A stretch of 63,718 nucleotides of DNA, filler included, from Craspedostauros australis (GCA_030167865.1; 13 parts of 13 records of this genome joined end to end with filler, not necessarily neighbours in it); one strand, 5' to 3'. Shown: positions 50,875 through 62,494, numbered from the whole stretch's first letter. Numbers and translations: made by a program. The notes: generated by a model not told the origin, from the sequence alone.

Positions 50875-51956
50875 GATGAAGCACGCGATCGTGGCCACGG
50901 TCGTGGTTGTGTTCTCGGCACCTGCTGAGGAGCACTCTTCCACGAACATGACGGGGATTGCGAAGCAAAACAGCATAGAAACAACAACACCAACAACAAT
51001 AAATGACGCATGTACGAGAAAGTCGAGTACGAAGCATTCATGGAATTGGAAGATACATGTCTCTCGGACGAACGAAGAATGGAACTCTGGTATGGTTGTT
51101 CACGCCGATGCCATCGCAATCCGAAGAGTAGTACTCTAGCCTGCCACAGTGCGTCATCACGCGATGAACAATGACCTGGCCCATTCGTTACAGCACAAGT
51201 GGCATGCAATAACTTCAAGTATTGTTCAAAACATGCATTCAAGCAAAACAACACGATCTACCCTCTGGAGTAAACTAAACACAAGGTACCTTCCTGGCAA
51301 TTGCTTGCCTTCTGGCTCCATTCAGGGTTCTCGTGTAGTCAAATGCAGATTATTAAGATCAGCACTAAAAACCATCCTAGAATATTACAGTGTAGATAGC
51401 ACATGGGTGAAGTTATAGACTCCTGGGCCTTGTAGCCAATATGTGTTGGCAAGTTCGTTTGCTATTTCATTACTTGGCTACTCCGATCCTATCGGTGTAC
51501 GCCCGTTCTCTTGCCCGATGCTCTTGGTGCTTCAATCTGTTTCGTAGATTTGGTCTCCGACTATGAGTCGGTGTGCGAGATACTCTCTCGCTGCTCTTCA
51601 TATTCTCTCTCTCTCTCTCTCTTTGTCTCAGCATCATGTACTTCGTGCTACACGATACTCCGTGTTCAATGCGTACTCCACATTTGACACTCTGTTCATT
51701 CACTACTGGTTCCTACTCCATGAGTACTCACCATTTGAAGTTCACCTTCTGTATCCATGATGCTGATGCCCTTCGGTCATCGGATCTTCGCCTCCTGCTC
51801 TGACTTGGAGACAGATGTCAACATGGTGACACGATGACATCCTGTCAACGTCAGTAGGTGTCCTTCTGCTCTCCAGATGTCACGTTCCATTGGTGATGCA
51901 GAAGTCTGTCAGATGATATCGTCATCTGAGGTTTAGTTGGGAAGTACCTCGAGATT

Positions 51957-51968
51957 CTCTTGGTACCA
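51957..51968 (-). promoter_or_regulatory. Putative primer-binding site TGGTACCAAGAG
   Basis: Begins with TGG one base after the LTR's terminal CA and resembles the iMet-type PBS TGGTATCAGAG. Confidence 0.6.
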
Positions 51969-51969
51969 T

Positions 51970-52200
51970 TGATGGATGAACGGACGATCTTCTGATTCTC
52001 CCAGAAATCGTTATTTGCAAATTTCCTCCAGAAATTCTGCTCATTTTCGTGTGTTCCATTTCCGCTGTAATTCTGACGAATCACAGAATACTATTGACAC
52101 GAATGTAGTTGTACCGCCCAAGTACGTATGAGAGAATAACGGGTGAACGATGCACATATACACGTACATCTTGACATATACTCACATGTACATCTCGACA
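51970..52200 (-). mobile_element. 231-bp 5' LTR (TG...CA) of a truncated LTR retrotransposon
   Basis: The reverse complement matches 63492-63718 along its length. The similarity starts at TGTCGAGATG in both copies, and a PBS-like motif follows. Confidence 0.75.
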
Positions 52201-54370
52201 ATTGAGGTGTGCGAAACAATGACGTCCAGCGAAACGCAGCGTGAAGGTGACTCCTTTCTGATGGATACATGGATATGGCAGCAGGTGAAGGGTGCGCAGC
52301 TCTACCACCTGGACATGGTGCATCAAAACCTAGAGGTGTTGCAATTGTCAGACATCATGTCAGTCAACGGTACCAGGATCTTGTCAGAGGCGCACGACAG
52401 AATACTGGTGTCCATCATACCAAGACGATGGGCGAAGCAACCGCAGAGATTTCCAAGTGGTTGGTGGAAGGAGTGGCAACAGTGGTGCAGATTGTTGTGC
52501 TATTGAGGTCTAACACTACACCAACCATTGGGCAAGTGGCACTGCAACAACGGGACGTGGCGATGGTGGAAGAAGCCGTATCAAGATGACATCTTTGACA
52601 CGGCTGCCTCTCTGATTCTATGCTATCGACCATATCAACGAAGCCAGACCTGAAGGAAGCAGTACACCCAAATCGCGACAATGGGTGAAGCTCCAGCGAA
52701 CGCCAAGAGAGTCTCTGTGGTTTCCACAGAACGTGGGATTGAATGGGACGGGCATTTGGGGCTCACGAAGCCTCCTGACAAGCCTGCAGCCACACATGAT
52801 CTGATTGAAAACCTGGTGGGGAACATGGTGCTCCACGAGGCGACGAGGGCAGCAAACCGCAACAGCCTTTTGATGGTGAGCGACGGGTCGTTCAAAGACA
52901 GGCGCGGTGCATCAGCATCGATTGCGTTTGACGTCGAATCCCAGCGGTACATGCACTGCCAAACATTCATTCTGGACCCCCAGAAGTTCACAGCACCTAC
53001 CGAAGTGAGCTCGCCAGGATATGGGCGACCCTTGCAATCGTCTCGGAAATTCCAGGTTTGCGCAAGGACTGTGTGATCACTATGGCCCTGGACGGCAAGC
53101 AGGCGCTCCTGCAAGCCCAAGAGGACGACTTGCTACCAAGTCAAAAGGACTGGGATGTTCTGACGGAAATCAGGAGACTCTGATGGCAGATCCTGGCTTC
53201 ACTGAAGTGGGAATGGGTGAAGGGGCACCAAGACGCCACCGGCAAACAGTTGATGGTGCTGGAGCAGCTCATTGTGGATGTCAATGAGAAATCCAAGCAA
53301 TTCTGAGAAGAAACCTGTCAGAGGCCCTATGTGCGAACCTGGCCCACCAACACCAGCAGGTGGCAACTCTGGCTGCACAAAGACGACCACTCACACGTCG
53401 ACCCAGGTGCGACGAATGAGCTCCTTCAGTCTGCCTTGGCGATGAAGTATTGGTTGTTGAAGTTCCAGTGGGACAGCAACCAGCTGGACCAGGTTGATTG
53501 ACGAATGGACAAGGTGGCGCGCCAGTCCAAGCAAAACCGCAGCTCAACCATGTTCATGTTGAAGTGGGCCTCTGGATTCATTGGGGTCAACAAGAAGTTG
53601 CTCCAGACTGGACAGGTGTCATCGGCCAAGTGCAAGTTCTGCAGGCATGACAAAACCACCCAGCATGTGTTGCAATGCCCAGAACATCACGAGGTATGGA
53701 CGATCGCCACCTCAAACCTAGTGGATTGCATGGTGGAGATTGGAACATCCCCACGATTGGTAAGGTACATGAGAGTAGGTTTGGTTTGGCGAAATGGAGG
53801 AGGAACGTAGGCTCGAATGACGCACAAAGTGCCATTGGATGGTCCCCACTACTGGTAGGGCTTCTGCACGATGACTGAGAAAGCCAGTACGAGCACTGGA
53901 TGATGACGCACGAGTGCCAATATCCAGACGCAAAAGCATGGGCTCGGGAAGTGGTGTGGTAGATATGGAAAGTGCCCTGGGAGGTGTGGCTGGTCAGGAA
54001 CACCAACGTGCACGACGAAGAACAACACCCGGCCGCGAGGGACTTGCGTAGGCAGGCACGGAGACTGATACAAGGTGCAAGCCAGGACATCAACAAATCA
54101 GAGCCACATTTACTCCAAGAAGGCTGCAGTATCAAGTACGGTACGGAGGAACAAATAAAACGATGGGTGAACTCTATGATAGCCATCCAAGTGGCGGTGA
54201 AAGCGCGGCGACGATCGTGAACGGTACAAGCCGATAGGCGAGCATGGCGTCATGGCTGGGGATGGCTTGAGAAGGGACACTTGACAGCTCGCTCAACACA
54301 TTGCTCCACAGGGCCGTGGAGGCGAGGGTAAAGCCTTATGGCACACCTACGATGTAATCACTGAGTTATT
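52201..54370 (+). mobile_element. Second, 5'-truncated and decayed copy of the RNase H LINE
   Basis: Colinear with 19554-22016 (IEVCE, GAQLYHL, PSGWWKEWQQWC, VSDGSFKD, WVKGHQD, KWASGF, CKFC) and has the same 3' terminal blocks. Multiple stops and frameshifts. Confidence 0.93.
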
Positions 54371-54772
54371 TATGTATACATTTACTTTGCATACCAAAGA
54401 AAATTTAGTGTGCTCCATGACATTATATAATATTATTAATTCTGTGTTGTATGGTATTCACAAGTGTTGCTGTTGCAGCTGACGCGAAGGGGTGCCACCA
54501 ACGCTGTACTGCTTTGCGCTACACGCGCGAAGGTGGAAACACACAACCGAGCCAAATCATCGACAACGTGAGGAATCAACGCGCAACATCACCACAAATT
54601 GGTGACATCAATGTCGACACATCACCTCCCTCCGGTTTTCTGTTGCTGCATGGCTGTTGTCCTCCCTGCTATACTTAGAGCCACGTTTGTTGTGAGTAGC
54701 ATTTTTCGACGTTCACCACACCATTGCATGCACACTCGTTCTCGCCCACTAGCCATTCTCAGAATCACCCCC

Positions 54773-55479
54773 ATGGTGCTACGAACTTGGAACACTCTCC
54801 CTGAGAGGCAGGCTTTGGAGGAAGCCAATCGCAGATTTGTGGAGGCTGTAACCGAGCTTTCGCAGATTGATTGGCAGGGTCTGGATCCCGCTGGCGCTGC
54901 CATACTCCTGCAGCACTATGGCAACGTCATCGCATTAGGCTGCCATGTGCTGGAGATGCAGCAGCTTTATCTCGGTCCATTGGGTCCTCCTCCTCTACAC
55001 ACTAATCACAACATCGCCATCGCAGAATTGGAGGACACCGGAGCTGTTCCTCACTTCCGCTTCCGAGTGTGCTACCTCCAACGCTTGGCCGACCGTCTCT
55101 GGCCAAAGTATCAGGCAGTGTCCGGTGAGAATGACCCTGCTTGCATTCAAGTGAAGAACAGATACACCGTATCATACGAAATGGGATTGCTGCTCATGCT
55201 GTACCGTCTTGCACATCGTGGACGACTGTGGGACATGGAAGCTAGATTCAGCATGGACAGCACCCGCATATCCAGCATCGTCTCTACTTTCTACTCCTAC
55301 TTCTATGCCATCGCCAAGCCATACCTGAGCAACATCGGTTTATTTCATCCTCGTTTTCCTGATTATGCACAGAACAACCATCGTCTCACCCACGGTTTGG
55401 TAGATGATGTGTTCGGTTATGTCGATGGTACCTTCTGGGAAACATGTCGTCCCAAGGAGAATCAAAAAGACCTATACTC
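54773..55479 (+). mobile_element. PIF/Harbinger-like DDE transposase, N-terminal part (cut by contig end)
   Basis: HFRF, EMGLLLMLYRLAH (HTH), STRISSIV, and VFGYVDGTFWETCRP...QKDLY, the first catalytic Asp motif of DDE_Tnp_4/HARBI1-type enzymes. Confidence 0.85.
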
Positions 55480-55579
55480 NNNNNNNNNNNNNNNNNNNNN
55501 NNNNNNNNNNNNNNNNNNNNNNNTTAATTAATTAANNNNNNNNNNNNNNNNNNNNNNNNNNNNNNNNNNNNNNNNNNNN

Positions 55580-57190
55580 TCCTGCCTTGCTCCGCCGCCT
55601 TTCCGCTTGCGATGCCGTGGGGTGTGGGCGAGTGCACGTCGCCGCAATCCTGCTTGCCTGGCCGCCCGTACATGCCGCACCCACAACATCTGGTTCTCCG
55701 CCGGTTGCGCTCGTACCGCTGCCTCCGTTGTGTGAGTCAGCAGGCGAACGTCATCGCCGCCGATCCCTTGCACTCCTTGTCGCCACTCTTCTCGGACTGC
55801 TATCGCGGCCTCCTGCCATATCATAGCCGCCATGGTTGCCTTCTCGCTGTCATGGAGCACCTTGTTGCGTGCCATCCACGCCTTCCATCGCACTTCCCAC
55901 AAACCCACCATTGCCCTTGCGATCCAATTCGCCGGGCGTCCTGGCTGGCCACTGATCTCCATTGTGCTTTCCTGGATTCGTTGCCACCTCGCAGACCACC
56001 GGCCTCGTACCATCATTCCCCACCCTATTTCTCGCTGTTCTGCCATCGCCTGTTGCAGCTGGTAACCCGCTTCCATTTGGACTTCCCGTCCTTCACTCCA
56101 CGCCCAGACTTGCTTCACCATTGCTCTAACCATCAGGCTGTCTCCTCGCACTGCCATCATCTCAGTTTCCCACTCCTTCATCGCCGTTCGTCGTACTGAC
56201 ACCGCCAACGGATGCTGGCACTGCATGACATGCTCCGTGGTCTCCTCCTGGTCTTTGCATATTGGGCACCTGTCGCCGCTCCAGAACTTCCACTTCCGCA
56301 TGTTGCGCCCGACNGGCCCAAAACTGCACGCATGCTTCGCCACCCATTTCCGGCGTGCTGGCTTCANGNAGGCCATCGCGATNGCAGCCGCTGTGACATC
56401 NACCTTCTTCGCTTCGCCNTTCTGGATCCGGCCCACCTTGCGCTGCCACTGCACTGTCCTTTGTCCTTGGACATACTTGCGAATCATCACCGTGGCATTC
56501 GTGCAGACCTTCCTTTCGTCGAGCCATATCGCCCACTCGGCCTCGTATCCCTCTTCGTCGGCATACTCCATATCAACCGAGTGTGCTGCCCCTGCCGCCT
56601 TGTCAACGTCGTCATTCCATTCCGCAAACTCGTCCCTCGCCACTCCTCGGTCTCGCTCCAGCTGATGGCCGTACACATGCCGATACTCCAGAGTCACCGT
56701 CAGCCGCCTTTGGATTCGTCGTATCTCGCGAATAACGTCAAAGTGCTGCACTGCCGTGCTGACGTCCCGCGTGTACTGCACCGCGTGAATTCCAGCCATC
56801 TTATTGTCGCAAGCGATCACGATGACCTTCCCCGTCACTGCGTATTTCATGTCGTGGCGTTGAATGACGTCTTCCACTTTGCGGAGAGCCTGTAGAATGC
56901 CACCAAGTTCTGCGCGATATGCGCTCTGCACTTCGGCCCGGCCCGGCACTGGTCCTGCTGCTGACACTCTGCCTTTTCGCCGCCCTCGCACGTTGAGCGA
57001 GTACGCCGCAGTACTCTTGCCGTTCTTGAACGACCTGTCGGTGCTCACCACTGCCTTCCCTTGTACCACTGCCTCCAGCCACAACTTCTCCGCATGACTT
57101 GAATTCGTGCGGCTTTTTGTCCTGTGCTTCCTCACTCTTCCCCCGATGCCTACCACTCGTAAGCAACCTCCTCGCTCTCGCACGTGGACC
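55580..57190 (-). mobile_element. 3' part of ORF2 (RNase H + Cys/His finger) of a second, more distant LINE family
   Basis: VSTDRSFK, QSAYRAELGGI, IACDN, HVYGHQ, NDDVDKAA, KWVAKHACSF and CPIC..ETTEHVMQC, in the same architecture as 20200-21915. Confidence 0.88.
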
Positions 57191-57522
57191 NNNNNNNNNN
57201 NNNNNNNNNNNNNNNNNNNNNNNNNNNNNNNNNNTTAATTAATTAANNNNNNNNNNNNNNNNNNNNNNNNNNNNNNNNNNNNNNNNNNNNTTGCACTATA
57301 TTACTATTTACTACGTTTTCCGTTGCCCTCATGGCTGTGCTGTTTGTGTCCTGATCTGCACTAGTTGGAGGGGGGCGGGAGGGGGCGGCTGCTGCTTGTG
57401 GGCCAGCAGCAGATGTCGTTGTCGTCGTCGTCGTTGGCGCTGCTGCCGTCGTTGGCGCTGCTGCCGTCGTTGGCGCTGCTTCCTGATCTGCACTAGGTGG
57501 CAGAGCGGCGACGGCTGTCGCT

Positions 57523-58446
57523 TCAGGGACAGCAGCAACGGCTGCCGCTTCTGTTGTTGTGGTTGGAGTCATCACTGCCGCTGCTGTTGCCGCCGGTGCC
57601 GTTGCCGCCGGTGCCGTTGCCGCCGGTGCCGTTGCCGCCTGTGCCGTTGCCGCCGGTGCCGTTGTTGCCGCCGGTGCCGTTGCCGCCTGTGCCGTTGCCG
57701 CCGGTGCCGTTGTTGCCGCCGGTGCCGTTGTTGCCGCCGGTGCCGGTGCCGCTGCTGTTGCCGCCGGTGCCGTTGTTGCCGCCGGTGCCGTCGTCGCCGT
57801 CGGTGCCGATGCTGCCGCTGCCGTTGTCTCGGGCATCTGACCGGGGCCTGCTCATGTAATCACCTGCCGCGTCGGCCGCACGCCCGAAAAGACAATCGGC
57901 GAGTTGGCCAAGAGTTGCTTCGGCGTTGAGCTGGAGACTGCGCGGCATCTCGCCCAAATACTGCCCGATCGCAGCGTGGGACGTAGCCAATGAATCCCAC
58001 TGGGTGTCGGAGCATTGGACTGCGGCATCGAAGGCACGGCGGGCTCCACGAGCCTCACTGCCTGTTTCCTTTCGGAAGACAATGGCCAGTCGCATCATGA
58101 TCTCCCATTTATTCTCACCAATGGTTGCGCTATTGATGGATGTCGAAGATTGCGTTTGGTCATCGTCGTCCTCCGCGAGGTTTCCCGTCAGGCGGTCGAG
58201 TTGGTCCGAAAAGTCCATGATTGCACTCTCCGTAGCCTCTCCTATGTTCTTCATAGCATCCTTCAGAGCGTCCTTCGCTTTCTCCAGGGTCTCGTTGTCT
58301 TTGAATGTGCTGGACATCACATTGAAGAACTTACCGAAGGCGCTGGCCTCGTCATTCGTGTGTGTCTGCACGTCCTTGAAAGATGGAATGGCTGAGAGAA
58401 GTGCCTTCATCGCTTGGTTGCGGTAGGCGTCTGTGAAAGTCACCAT
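57523..58446 (-). CDS. Hypothetical helical protein with GGNGT repeat; 3' part apparently decayed
   Basis: Open 307-aa frame from ATG 58446. ACC/ACA variation in the repeat is synonymous in this frame. It ends at a TGA inside an Arg/Ser-rich tract that looks CpG-mutated. Confidence 0.5.
   Translation of the reverse strand: MVTFTDAYRNQAMKALLSAIPSFKDVQTHTNDEASAFGKFFNVMSSTFKDNETLEKAKDALKDAMKNIGEATESAIMDFSDQLDRLTGNLAEDDDDQTQSSTSINSATIGENKWEIMMRLAIVFRKETGSEARGARRAFDAAVQCSDTQWDSLATSHAAIGQYLGEMPRSLQLNAEATLGQLADCLFGRAADAAGDYMSRPRSDARDNGSGSIGTDGDDGTGGNNGTGGNSSGTGTGGNNGTGGNNGTGGNGTGGNGTGGNNGTGGNGTGGNGTGGNGTGGNGTGGNSSGSDDSNHNNRSGSRCCCP
57585..57830 (-). repeat. 15/18-bp tandem repeat (GGNGT / GGNNGT)
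   Basis: Units gccggtgccgttgcc and gccggtgccgttgttgcc on the + strand. Confidence 0.9.
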
Positions 58447-59183
58447 GGTTGATGTTGTCGTTCGGATGTGTGTGTGTGTGCTGATGGGGAGTGCTCCTTC
58501 AGATCAATCGTCGGTTGATGTGGAAGGGGTGTGCGTCGAAAATTTGTGTTGCGAAGTTGCTCCTTTTATGAAGAGGCAAATGGAAGACGAGGAGAACAAC
58601 GAAAGAACTTGCACTTGCCGCGTTGTACCGCGTTGTCTTTTGAAATCATTGATCTGTTGTTCATGGGCATGTTGACCACCGTGTTGATGCCTTGTTGCGG
58701 TTTGTGAAAAAAACGGTCATGGGCGGTGCGGTTTGTGAGAAAAAAAAACAACAGGGTCATGTGCGGTGCGGTTTGTGGCGATCGAGATGCTGGACGGCGT
58801 GGTCGTTGTGACGTTTTGTTGTCGTATGCGACATTCAGAATTCAAATTGTCGTGTGACAACTTGGAGCAGATGGAAAAGGCAACTTGACATCACTTTGGC
58901 CACAGATAGATGTGTTCGACTGAGTCATGCCACCATCAATTGAACACAAGTTCAGCTTTTCAAAGGGCTTTCCGTGACTCGTATTTCGTGACCCACTTCA
59001 CTCGGAGGGATCTTTCGCGGAGAGTGGTTGTGAGCAGTATCGTTGTGGGACAAGTGTCACGTCGAGTGTCGTGCACCGCTTCACCGACGCACAGCCCAGC
59101 GATGACCAGGCACAAGCGATCTTCTCCCTTCCCACTCTCTCCCATCATCGCCTCTCCATCATCACTACATTGGTGCTCCTTGA

Positions 59184-60304
59184 TCACTTGGATGATTTGG
59201 CGGACTTGCTCGTTTTGCTTTCTTTCGATGGTTTTGATCCCTTCGCTCCCTTTGTGCTCCAGGCCAGGGTTGGTTGAGAAGATGATGCGGAGGATGGTGT
59301 GGGCGAGGGCATGAACGATGGTCTGGATGACGGCGAAGGCGACGGCGAAGGCGACGGCGCGGGTGATGGCAGAAGCGATGGCGGGGCGGGTGCCATGTCC
59401 GATGGTGTATTCGTAGTCACCACTGTGAGGGAGTCGTTGTTGCAGAACTCCAACGATCCCATGAAGAAGTCGCAGAAACCTTCGCAAGCGGTACCAGGAT
59501 ACTCTTCAACCTCTTCGCTTGACAACCCTGGGAACATGATGAACGGCCATCCCTCACATTCGAACCAGTCTGGTGTTGTAGGCTCGAAGCCCCCCGCGGC
59601 ATCATTCCATGATTCTGTCTGCGTATCCACACGGATGGCGACCATGCCATCGCTTGCTGAAAAGGACAGCGGTGGATTGAACGAGATCATATCGGTGAAC
59701 CCGTCTGCACCTCTCGCCTCGATGGTTCCGGATGCAATCTCTCCAGGCACCAGGCGCATCCCATGAGCTGGGATGGTAGAAGATGCAATATGGTTGATTA
59801 CCCACGGTGGATAGAGCAGGTCTCATGCCAGTGATATCGACGGTGTCCAGCACCTCAATATCGAATCGCTGCGATTCCACTTGGTCGATAAAAGAGCAGC
59901 CGAGGAAGGCCCACTGCTTCCACGCTTCGACAAGTAGCTGTCGGCGCCAGGGTCGGAGCGACAGATGTCAAGGCTGTCGGCGATGCTGTGATGGAGGGGA
60001 GAGTGATTCGGTTGGTGTCGCAGTGGCAAGGCCGCGACAGAATTCCAACACTCCCGGAAAAGCGAATAGAACATCTGGAACGATGCTGGATGGATCGACA
60101 TCAACTTCCACGCTGCCAAGTCCCACAGATACGCCGAACGGGCAATTCGGGCAGCCTTCAAAGGGTGGGTCGAGGCAAGTCGGAAAGTCCGCGCGGAAGT
60201 TCCTCAGCCGGTTTGCCATATCGATGCGAAAGGAAATCAGGCCAGTATCCACTGAAAAGGACAGAGGCGAATCAAATGGAAGAGAGGCCGTGAAACCATC
60301 AGAG
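59184..60304 (-). pseudogene. Frameshifted extracellular-type protein: two tandem homologous domains, P/S/T linkers, KxxK tail (5' end missing)
   Basis: DGFTASLPFDSPLSFSVDTGLISFRID..FPGVLEFC aligns with DGFTDMISFNPPLSFSASDGMVAIRVD..FMGSLEFC. Linkers are PSITASPTALTSVAPTLAPT and PSPAPSPSPSPSPSSRPS; the tail is KGAKGSKPSKESKTSKSAKSSK. Frame changes are needed near 60000, 59900 and 59760. Confidence 0.65.
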
Positions 60305-60404
60305 NNNNNNNNNNNNNNNNNNNNNNNNNNNNNNNNNNNNNNNNNNNNTTAATTAATTAANNNNNNNNNNNNNNNNNNNNNNNNNNNNNNNNNNNNNNNN
60401 NNNN

Positions 60405-62394
60405 GGGGAACGATATGTCCGGACGGCACGAAACCATGGCCCAAATCAGTTCACCAATGGCCTGCCGATAACTGAAGAACGATGCCTGTAGTTGTCGCCG
60501 CTCTCCTTCAGTAGCTGGGACGTCTGCACTGTCCAGTTGTCGAATGTACCCGTTGTCCGCGCGCATGGGGAGTCGTTGCGACGACCGAAGATCTTGCCAT
60601 CCATGCTTTTGGAGCACCTTGTTCAGGTATGTGGTGCAGTGTACTGTCACATGTGATCGGCCCTGAGTGAGGTCAAGCCCATTGTAGTGGGAGAAGAGTC
60701 CATGCCTAGTGATAGGTTGATTGAGTTGCTCGTCAAGCAAATCACAGAACGCGATGTAGGTGTGCCGTCGTGATGTGGCGACTGCGAAGTCATCGACTTG
60801 CCGGAGTATGAAGACACGCTCACCGCGGATGAGTCCAGTGTAAAGGCACGGGGCGTGCGTGGTGGATGTCAGGCCCATGCGCTTCATGATCCCATTGACA
60901 TGGATGCTCCATTGCCGAGGCGCCTCAGGATGACCCTGTAGGTTCTTGAGAACGGGCACAACATGGCCACGAGGAATGGTAGCACCATGCTTCTGCTCCC
61001 ACCACGAACGGAATTGATCGTCCACCTTCATGTAGTATCGTTGCGCGCTGGCCGGAGCTTCGGCAAAAGCATTGGCGACGTCAGCCCCAAAGATGAGCAG
61101 GCGTTGGACGGCAGCAATAGCAACAAGGATGCGAAACTCAGTGAGATCTGGCGTGGCAGCGTAGGTATGACCAAAGACACGGACGTTGCCCCCTCGAGTG
61201 GAACCATCGCAGACTGCGCGGGCCTTCTTGTGGTTGTTCTCATGGGTCTTCACAACATACACCCACACCCAATTGAACACCGCTGCACCGGAAGGAGCAT
61301 CCACTGGATCACCGAACATCCCTTGATGGTGGTATTGCTCCATCTGCTTGAACTCCGCAGCTTGCCACTCATCCCAGTCATCCCGCAGCAACAACTTGCG
61401 GCGTGTGAGCTTGGGAGCATCAGTGACAGCGCGAGCCTGCGGCGAAATCTGTCGAAGGACGTCCTGGACATGTCGAAGCTGGTCGAAGTAGAGCTGCGGG
61501 ACACCCTGTTGTGACAGCGCGTTGCGTGCCTCATCAAAAGCGAAGATCGCGACGATTGGACCTGCCTTGCATTGTCGTGCACTCGAGATGATACGAACGA
61601 CTTCATCACCACTGGAAATGTCTGTGCCATCCAGTGTGAGCAAATGTGCAGACCGGAGACGTGACCGCCATCGGGGAATGCGAGCAGCCGGAGTGCCAGG
61701 TGTACATGTCTGCAGCTGCAGCCGCCCTCGCGCATCGTCGTGCACAAGCACCAGTCCAGCACACGGGTCCGAGCCAGACACCTCAATGTCTTGTGCGAAT
61801 GGAAAACCGAAAGGTTCGCTTGCCATCTCCAGTGATCGCGCAAAGCGACGAATGGTGGAAGAGCACGCTGCAGCGGCGGCGTGTAACTCGGAATCACCGC
61901 ATGTCACGCAGGACTCGACCAGGACGCGGTGTCCACCGGAACCGTCGACTGGGACACTATCACCCTTCACCGGGATCGACGTGTCAACGCCATGAGGTGC
62001 GTGAAATCCCAGCTCGAACAAAAGCTGCGGTCCCGGAGGTCGACTGCTGGACGTGAAGTGAGCCTCGTCGAACACGATGTTGCCAGCAGTTTTGATGCGG
62101 CCAGAGTCCAGGTCGTAGTATCGATGAAGGGTTGGCGTTGCAGTGTGCCCCACGAAGACGCCATTGTAGGTATGTACGTCGAGCTTCGCAGGCGGATGCC
62201 CAGGTTTGCGAACAGTGACGCGGGATCCAAAGACACGCAGGTGTTGAAGATCAGGCTTGACCCCATGCTGGAGTTCGTACGGCGTCTTGGAGATGGACGC
62301 ATGCCACAGTCGGTTCTTCAAGTAGACCGAATGCACAAGTGCAAGGGCCCAAAACTGTGGCTTGAGACCAGCCGAGTATAGCAGAGCCCTCGTC
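60405..62394 (-). mobile_element. Ty1/Copia (CoDi-like) pol fragment: end of integrase, SH3-like, PDZ-like insert, RT; uninterrupted frame
   Basis: YLKNRL..KTPYE..PDLQHLRVFGS..KLD..GVFVG..IVFDE, then WVWVYVVK..KKARAVCDG, GADVANAF, LKNLQGHPEAPRQW, LRQVDDFAVA and YRQAIGELIW. IN precedes RT. Confidence 0.95.
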
Positions 62395-62494
62395 NNNNNN
62401 NNNNNNNNNNNNNNNNNNNNNNNNNNNNNNNNNNNNNNTTAATTAATTAANNNNNNNNNNNNNNNNNNNNNNNNNNNNNNNNNNNNNNNNNNNN

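Noticed and set aside
51968..52205. Solo LTR with ATTGA target-site duplication
   Set aside because: The sequence left of 51968 is not LINE-homologous and instead reads as a PBS, so the 5-mer match is likely coincidental.
57243..57929. Antifreeze-glycoprotein-like (ATTAPA) and Cys/Arg-rich ORFs
   Set aside because: Alternative frames of the GGNGT repeat; the substitution pattern favours the GGNGT frame.
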